A program made the translations under genes and the position numbers. Under the pieces are notes generated by a model, which had not been told where the DNA came from, did not search any database, and worked only from the letters and a program-made list of their open reading frames with translations. A stretch of DNA of 59,734 nucleotides from Terriglobia bacterium. GTDB taxonomy: Bacteria > Acidobacteriota > Terriglobia > Acidiferrales > 2-02-FULL-67-57. The stretch covers positions 1-59,734 of the forward strand of contig JBHIAG010000001.1 of assembly GCA_046758465.1 (NCBI GenBank), given 5' to 3'. This document shows positions 54,086 to 59,734 of this stretch, piece by piece (the stretch's first letter is position 1; every line of letters starts with the position of its first letter).

Positions 54086-55306
54086 TTACTCCATCCGCAG
54101 CGCAACCACTGGGTCTAGTCGCGCCGCGCGGTTGGCCGGGTAGACACCGAAGAACAGCCCGACGCTGGTCGCCACCCCCAACCCCATCACCACCGACCAA
54201 CCCTTCACCGCTGCCGGCAGCGAGGTCAAGGCCGACACCCATTGCGCAATGCCCAGGCCCAGCAGGATGCCCAAGGCCCCACCGACAAAAGCGATGGTGC
54301 TGGCCTCAATGAGGAATTGCCACAGGATGTCGCGGCGCCGTGCCCCCAACGCCTTGCGAATACCGATCTCGTGCGTGCGCTCGGTCACGCTCACGAGCAT
54401 CATGTTCATGATCACGATCCCGCCGACCACCAAGGCGATGGAAGAGATCAGGATGATGGTCATGAAGAAGGCCGAACTGATGTCGCGCCAGAGAGCCAAG
54501 AATGACTGGTTGTTCTCCAGCGCAAAGTCGTCTTCTTGCTCGTAGGCCAGGTGGCGTCGGGCGCGCAGGACGAGCCGCGCCTGGTCCATCGCCGCGGCCA
54601 GCCGGGCTTCGCCGTTGGATTTGCCCCAGATCCGCACGCTCTGCCGGCTGCCGTAGCGCTTCATGTGAGTGGTAATGGGGATGAGCACAAAGTTGTCACG
54701 GCTCTGGCCCAGCGCAGAACCCCGCTTCTTGGCCACTCCGATAACCTCGAACACCGCCCCATCCACCCTAACCTGGCGACCGAGGGGGTCAAGCCCGAGG
54801 AGCAGATTCTCGTAGATGTCCCACCCGATGACGACCACGGGCACCGAGCGCTCCTCCTCGGCGGGGCTGAACTGGCGGCCGAACTCGATGTCCATGTCGT
54901 AAATCTTGGGCATGGTGTGGGTCCAGCCACGGACGCCGGTGTCGCGGATGGAATTATTCGCGTAGACCACCTCACCCCCCCGCCCTAGGGTGGCCCCCAC
55001 CCAGCGGCAGTCCGTGCAGGCCTCTGCGACGGCACGGTAGTCATCAAGAGTCAGGTCGCGGCGCTTCTGGGCCTCAAGCCAGGTGTCCATGTCGGTGATC
55101 ACAGCGGGGCTCTTGCCCACCAGAAACACGTCAGCCCCCAAGTTGAAGATGCGCTCGGCTACGTAGGCGTTCAGGCCATCAACGAACGACACCACCGCGA
55201 TCACCGCGGTCACACCGATGATCACACCCAGCAGCGTCAGCAGCGTGCGCAGCTTGTGTGCCCACAACGCCGCCAGCGAAAGTCGCACGGTTTCCCAGAA
55301 ATTCAT
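54086..55306 (-). CDS. ABC-transporter permease, MacB/FtsX type (paralogue of 52808..54082)
   Basis: Same architecture: HKLRTLLTLLGVIIGVTAVI, ERTHEIGIRKALGARRRDI, YPANRAARLDPVVALRME. Its stop lies 3 nt before the next gene's start. Confidence 0.88.
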   Translation of the reverse strand: MNFWETVRLSLAALWAHKLRTLLTLLGVIIGVTAVIAVVSFVDGLNAYVAERIFNLGADVFLVGKSPAVITDMDTWLEAQKRRDLTLDDYRAVAEACTDCRWVGATLGRGGEVVYANNSIRDTGVRGWTHTMPKIYDMDIEFGRQFSPAEEERSVPVVVIGWDIYENLLLGLDPLGRQVRVDGAVFEVIGVAKKRGSALGQSRDNFVLIPITTHMKRYGSRQSVRIWGKSNGEARLAAAMDQARLVLRARRHLAYEQEDDFALENNQSFLALWRDISSAFFMTIILISSIALVVGGIVIMNMMLVSVTERTHEIGIRKALGARRRDILWQFLIEASTIAFVGGALGILLGLGIAQWVSALTSLPAAVKGWSVVMGLGVATSVGLFFGVYPANRAARLDPVVALRME

Positions 55307-55777
55307 GTGTCTGTGGCTACTCCCGCGGTGTCCCGGTTGCACCCAGCTGGTTTCATCAATCTACTATCTACTATTATTTATTATACCCCTTTCTAATTCC
55401 TTCTCAGAGCCAGGCAGACTGAGAGCAAGATTCTCCAACCACTTACCAATGACGAAGGAAGTTTATGTGCCTCGGATTTACCACAGCCATAGAAGCAGAA
55501 AGCAAAGCTCCCAACCCTAGCACACAGTGCCAAAACCATGTGGTTCTGGCAGCTCGTCCCAAAAGGGAAGGCTTTTGGCACAGCCGCACTGCACCGGCGC
55601 GACAGCCTTACCTTGAGTACTTTTCAGTTCCTGAGCATGGCCATCTATGGGCTCGGCTTGGTCGTACTCACCAGCTGCGAAGCTCACTCCTACTGGCCAC
55701 CCTTCAAAAAAATACTTTCCCTTTACGGCGCACGCCGGTAGCATTTGTGGGCGTATCTGCGACAGGAGGTTGCTTTC

Positions 55778-58700
55778 ATGATTTGTAGGGATCGGGGTGT
55801 GAGTGGGGTGCTGATTCTTGCTGCGACGATGGCCGTGCTGCTGGCGGGCCTGCCTCTACAAGCGCAGCAATACAACCCGGAGCTGATTAAGGGGATGAAC
55901 TACCGGCTCATTGGCCCCTACCGCGGTGGCCGCTCGCTGACGGCGGTGGGCGTTCCCAGCGAACCGGGCACGTACTACTTCGGCGCCGTGGCCGGCGGCG
56001 TCTGGAAGACCAGCAACGGAGGGATGACCTGGGTGCCGCTATTCGATAACCAGCCGGTGTCGTCTATCGGCAGCATTGCCGTGGCCGATTCCGACCCGAA
56101 CATCATCTACGTCGGCACGGGTGAAGCCTGCATTCGCGGCAACATCTCGCACGGCGACGGTGTCTACAAGTCCACCGACGCCGGGAAAACCTGGACGAAG
56201 GTAGGCCTGCGCGACACGCGCCACATCGGTCGGGTGCTGATTCATCCGCGCGACCCGGATATCGTCTATGTGGCAGCGCTGGGTCACGTCTACGGAATCA
56301 ACAGCGAGCGCGGCGTCTTCCGCACGATGGATGGCGGCAAGACGTGGGAGAAAGTTCTCTACAAAGACGAGAAGGCCGGCGCCATCGACATCGCGATGGA
56401 TCCCTCGAATGCGCGCATTCTGTTTGCTGCCCTTTGGGAAGCGGGACGCACGCCGTGGAGCCTGACCAGCGGTGGCCCCGGGAGCGGGCTCTACAAATCC
56501 ACCGACGGCGGCACCACGTGGAAACATCTGACAGGCAACGGCCTACCGACGGGTGTTCTTGGCAAGATCGGCGTTAGCGTCTCCGGCGGCGACCCAAACC
56601 GTGTTTACGCCATCATCGAGGCTGAAGAGGAAGCCGGAGGGGTGTACCGCTCCGACGACGGCGGCGAGCACTGGATCCAGGTTTCCTCCGAGCACCGCCT
56701 GAGGATGAGGCCCTGGTATTACACGCACATCGTTGCGGATCCCAAGGACGCCGACAAGGTTTATGTGCTCTGCGTCTCGCTCTATCGCTCGACCGACGGC
56801 GGCCGCAGCTATGAGCCGCTGCAGCATGCGCACGGCGACCATCACGACTTGTGGATCGACCCGAACAATCCGAAGCGGATGATCAACGCCAATGATGGCG
56901 GCGGCAGCATTTCCGTCGATGGAGGACTCACCTGGAGCCGGCAGGACAACCAGCCTACGGCGCAGTTCTATCACGTTACCACCGACAATCGCTTCCCCTA
57001 CTATGTCTACGGCTCGCAGCAGGACAATAGCTCGGTCGGCATTGCCAGCCGCAGCGACAAGGGCGCCATCGGCCGGTCGGACTGGGACCCGGTGGGCGGC
57101 GGCGAGGCGGGTTACATCGCGCCGCATCCGACCGACCCTAACATCGTGTACGCCGGAGAATACTGGGGCATTCTCACGCGGTTTGACCGCCGCACCGGCC
57201 AGGCGCAGAACATCTCGGTCTGGCCCGACGACCCCGACGGGCACGCCGCCGCCGAGCTGAAATACCGCTTCAATTGGACCGAACCGATCTACATCTCCAA
57301 ACACGACCCCTCGGTGCTCTTCTATGCCGGCAACATCCTGTTCAAATCGACAACTGAGGGGATGAGTTGGACTCCTATCAGCCCCGACCTGACCCGCAAC
57401 GCCAAGAGCAAGCAGCAGCGATCTGGCGGGCCGATCACGGACGAGAACATCAGCGTCGAATACTACGACGTCATCTTCAGCTTAGCCGAATCGCCCCTCC
57501 AGAAAGACTTGCTCTGGGTGGGCACAGATGACGGCTTGGTGCACCTGACACGGGACGGCGGCAAAACCTGGATCAACATCACACCAGAGGAACTACCTGA
57601 GTGGAGCCTGGTCAGCATCATTGATGCTTCATCCCACGACCCCGCCACGGCCTACATCGCCGTGGACCGCCACGAACTGGACGACTTCCGACCTTACATC
57701 TACAAGACGCACGACTTCGGAAAAACGTGGACCAAAATCTCGAACGGAATCCCCGAAAACACCTTTGTTCGCGCGGTGCGCGAGGATCCCAAGCGCAACG
57801 GCTTGCTGTACGCGGGAACAGAAACGGGCATGTATGTCTCCTTCGATGACGGCGCACACTGGCAGTCGCTGCAGTTGAACCTCCCCACCACACCCATCCA
57901 CGATCTCGTTGTCAAGGACGACGACCTGGTCCTGGGCACGCACGGGCGCTCCTTCTGGATCCTGGACGATCTGTCGCCGCTCCGGCAGTTGAGCGAAGAA
58001 GTGGCCAAAGCCGACGTGCATCTTTTCACGCCGCGCCTCACGTACCGTGTGCGCGGCAGGCGGGCGCGTCGCGCGCAGTTTGCTGGCAAAAATCCCCCGG
58101 ACGGCGCCATCATCTACTACTACCTGAAAGAGGCGCAGAATAACGTAATCACGCTCGAAGTCCTGGACGCTCAAGGCAACGTTGTCCGGAAGTACACCAG
58201 CAAGAAGAAAGTTATCGAGGGGAAACCGCTGCCGGAATATCCGAGGGACGACACCGACCGGGATCGGCTGCCGTCGGAGGCGGGCATGCATCGCTTCGTC
58301 TGGAACCTGCGGCAGCAACTTCCCGAGCTAGTTCCCAGTGCCATCTATGATATGGGGCCGCCGAAGGGCCCGCTGGTTCTCCCGGGACACTACCAGGTGA
58401 AGCTTACCGTGGCGGGCAAGAGCTACAGGGCGCCGCTGGAGGTCAAGCTGGATCCGCGGGTGACGACCTCCCAGGCCGATCTGCAAAAACAATTCGAATT
58501 GATGCTGCAAATTCGCGACCTCCTCGGGCGGGTGCACGGCGCCGTGTTCGAGATTCGCAGCCTGCGCGAGCAACTCGAAGCCCTGCGCAAGCGGCTGGCG
58601 GAAGATCCGCGCGCCAAAGGCATCCTCGCAGCGACCGAGGACATCGACCGGAAGATGTCGGCGGTGGAAGCGGAGCTGATCGAAGTCAAGGCGAAAGCCT

Positions 58701-58969
58701 CGCAGGATATGTGCAACTATCCCACCAAGTTGAACAGCAAGCTTGCCTATCTTGAAAGGGTAGCGGACAGCGCCGATACCGCGCCGACGCAACAGTCCTA
58801 TGAGCTCACCGAGCAGATGCGCCGGCAGGCGAGTGCCCAGCTGGCCGCGTGGCAGGAAATCGTCGCCCGGGATGTGGCGAAGTTGAACGAAAGGATTCAC
58901 AAGGAAAACATCCCGGCGCTTGCACTCCCTGCCTCCAGCGGGAAGAGCGGCGCGGCCGGAACGCGCTGA
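55778..58969 (+). CDS. sortilin/VPS10-type BNR (Asp-box) repeat exoprotein, about 1063 aa
   Basis: AGGAGG RBS 8 nt before ATG 55778 and a signal-like N-terminus. Asp-boxes STDAGKTW, TMDGGKTW, STDGGTTW, SDDGGEHW and STDGGRSY. Collinear with 44882..47980. Confidence 0.88.
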   Translation: MICRDRGVSGVLILAATMAVLLAGLPLQAQQYNPELIKGMNYRLIGPYRGGRSLTAVGVPSEPGTYYFGAVAGGVWKTSNGGMTWVPLFDNQPVSSIGSIAVADSDPNIIYVGTGEACIRGNISHGDGVYKSTDAGKTWTKVGLRDTRHIGRVLIHPRDPDIVYVAALGHVYGINSERGVFRTMDGGKTWEKVLYKDEKAGAIDIAMDPSNARILFAALWEAGRTPWSLTSGGPGSGLYKSTDGGTTWKHLTGNGLPTGVLGKIGVSVSGGDPNRVYAIIEAEEEAGGVYRSDDGGEHWIQVSSEHRLRMRPWYYTHIVADPKDADKVYVLCVSLYRSTDGGRSYEPLQHAHGDHHDLWIDPNNPKRMINANDGGGSISVDGGLTWSRQDNQPTAQFYHVTTDNRFPYYVYGSQQDNSSVGIASRSDKGAIGRSDWDPVGGGEAGYIAPHPTDPNIVYAGEYWGILTRFDRRTGQAQNISVWPDDPDGHAAAELKYRFNWTEPIYISKHDPSVLFYAGNILFKSTTEGMSWTPISPDLTRNAKSKQQRSGGPITDENISVEYYDVIFSLAESPLQKDLLWVGTDDGLVHLTRDGGKTWINITPEELPEWSLVSIIDASSHDPATAYIAVDRHELDDFRPYIYKTHDFGKTWTKISNGIPENTFVRAVREDPKRNGLLYAGTETGMYVSFDDGAHWQSLQLNLPTTPIHDLVVKDDDLVLGTHGRSFWILDDLSPLRQLSEEVAKADVHLFTPRLTYRVRGRRARRAQFAGKNPPDGAIIYYYLKEAQNNVITLEVLDAQGNVVRKYTSKKKVIEGKPLPEYPRDDTDRDRLPSEAGMHRFVWNLRQQLPELVPSAIYDMGPPKGPLVLPGHYQVKLTVAGKSYRAPLEVKLDPRVTTSQADLQKQFELMLQIRDLLGRVHGAVFEIRSLREQLEALRKRLAEDPRAKGILAATEDIDRKMSAVEAELIEVKAKASQDMCNYPTKLNSKLAYLERVADSADTAPTQQSYELTEQMRRQASAQLAAWQEIVARDVAKLNERIHKENIPALALPASSGKSGAAGTR

Positions 58970-59009
58970 TCTGGGCGAACGCCAAGATTTTGCCTTTTGA
59001 TTTTGAATT

Positions 59010-59734
59010 CTATGGGGAGAACTCAGCAATCCATCGAGGAAATCCTAAAGGGAAACGAACCAGCGGCTGCCAGCGGCCCGCCCCCCAACCGCCGCCTGAC
59101 CCCGACACGGGGATAATAAATTGCTCGCCACCCTCCGGGAGCGGAAGCAGCAGGAGGTGTTCGGGAGCCACCTGCCTGTATAGCGGAAGGACGCGGCGGC
59201 AATAGAGCCCCTCGCCCGTGGGACTGGCTACCACACGGTCCCCGATTCCCTCGAGCAGGCGCAAAGTGGATACACTGCCTTGCGGGCTCATTACCTCAAT
59301 GCGTGTGGTCACACGAGCAGACTTGGGCTCGCGCTTGAGTACTGTCCAGGCCAAGCGGCCATCCGGCAGGTAGAAAAGCGAGCGGATCTCGCGCGGCGGA
59401 GCACTGAGGGTTTCCGGCTCGCTTCCCCTCAGAGCCACCCGGCGCACGAGAGACGGGATCGGCCCCCAATTCGAGCGCCAGTAGTGCGCTGCCTCCGGTA
59501 CAAAGCGCAAATAGACAATCGCTTGGCCGTCAGGAGTCCACGTCGGCCGATCGGCGCGGGGTTCGCGCGTTACCTGTGTGATCTCTCCCCTCGCCAGCTC
59601 CAGCACAAAGACGTTGCTCTCGCTGCCGTCGCGGTCGGAGACGAAGGCGACGCGGGTGCCGTCGGGCGAGAACACCGGTTCGGTGTCGTAGTAGGGCCCG
59701 AAGGTGAGCTGCTCGGCGGTGCCCCCCTCCACCG
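59010..59734 (-). CDS. TolB-like (PD40/WD40-like beta-propeller) protein, N-terminus outside the window
   Basis: PD40-type repeats (FSPDGTRVAFVSDRDG, TWTPDGQAIVY, YLPDGRLAW). The ORF runs off the right edge of the window. Confidence 0.7.
   Translation of the reverse strand, partial: VEGGTAEQLTFGPYYDTEPVFSPDGTRVAFVSDRDGSESNVFVLELARGEITQVTREPRADRPTWTPDGQAIVYLRFVPEAAHYWRSNWGPIPSLVRRVALRGSEPETLSAPPREIRSLFYLPDGRLAWTVLKREPKSARVTTRIEVMSPQGSVSTLRLLEGIGDRVVASPTGEGLYCRRVLPLYRQVAPEHLLLLPLPEGGEQFIIPVSGSGGGWGAGRWQPLVRFPLGFPRWIAEFSP

Noticed and set aside
55575-55596. A sigma54 promoter, suggested by TGGCAC followed by TGCA.
   Set aside because: The GG-to-GC spacing is 12 nt instead of the required 10, and the -12 element is CTGCA after the wrong spacer. 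The TGGCAC is better explained as one arm of the 9-bp inverted repeat.

Overview
High-GC bacterial chromosomal window. My hand counts on single 60-nt lines give about 68% GC in the dcw genes, about 60% in the 55.8-59.0 kb gene and 42-53% in the 44.2-50.9 kb block. The protein families present (two >1000-aa sortilin/BNR-type exoproteins, orphan MacB/FtsX-type permeases, PilZ-like proteins) suggest an Acidobacteriota-like organism; this is inference only.

Layout:
- 0-2 kb: small signalling-type genes, including two PilZ-like paralogues and one DUF2007-like gene.
- 2-19.6 kb: a complete, tightly packed dcw cluster (mraZ-rsmH-ftsL-ftsI-murE-murF-mraY-murD-ftsW-murG-murC-murB-ftsQ-ftsA-ftsZ, no ddl). 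It has a readable Pmra promoter and a phased MraZ-type operator.
- 19.6-24.3 kb: JAMM protein, GT4 glycosyltransferase, glyA, rpiB and an orphan FtsX-type permease.
- 24.5-30.6 kb: a signalling cluster with no DNA-binding output (REC-MBL hydrolase, GspE/PilB-like ATPase fused to a double zinc ribbon and REC, a translationally coupled J-domain protein, a PAS histidine kinase and a single REC).
- 30.9-38.1 kb: FNR, a stand-alone RAM-domain protein, sppA, nadD, an EEP nuclease/phosphatase, an MscS-type channel and a 5'-truncated remnant of purB. The 32.1-38.1 kb part is bracketed by a pair of about 70-nt inverted elements, each carrying four TGTTCA units at 9-bp spacing.
- 38.1-42.5 kb: a hypothetical gene, tryptophanase/tyrosine phenol-lyase, and an HgcA-family corrinoid-type membrane protein fused to an HgcB-like ferredoxin. 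Its start overlaps the stop of a SAM methyltransferase gene.
- 42.5-50.9 kb: accessory-looking genes (HugZ/DUF2470-like, DUF4440-like lipoprotein, ridA, sortilin-like protein, S33 hydrolase, creatininase-family protein). They are punctuated by five same-strand copies of a GCGTTGACTTGCCTGCG box and two copies of a 30-nt post-stop box.
- 50.9-52.7 kb: decay products of integrative elements. These are a permease fragment fused in frame to a tyrosine-integrase C-terminus, a 3' half of tRNA-Met(CAU) with its terminator, and a resolvase C-terminal fragment.
- 52.8-59.7 kb: two MacB-type permeases without an ATPase, a second sortilin-like paralogue and a partial TolB-like beta-propeller gene.

I found no rRNA, intact tRNA or CRISPR array. 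All family calls rest on motifs read by eye from the supplied translations, with no database search.
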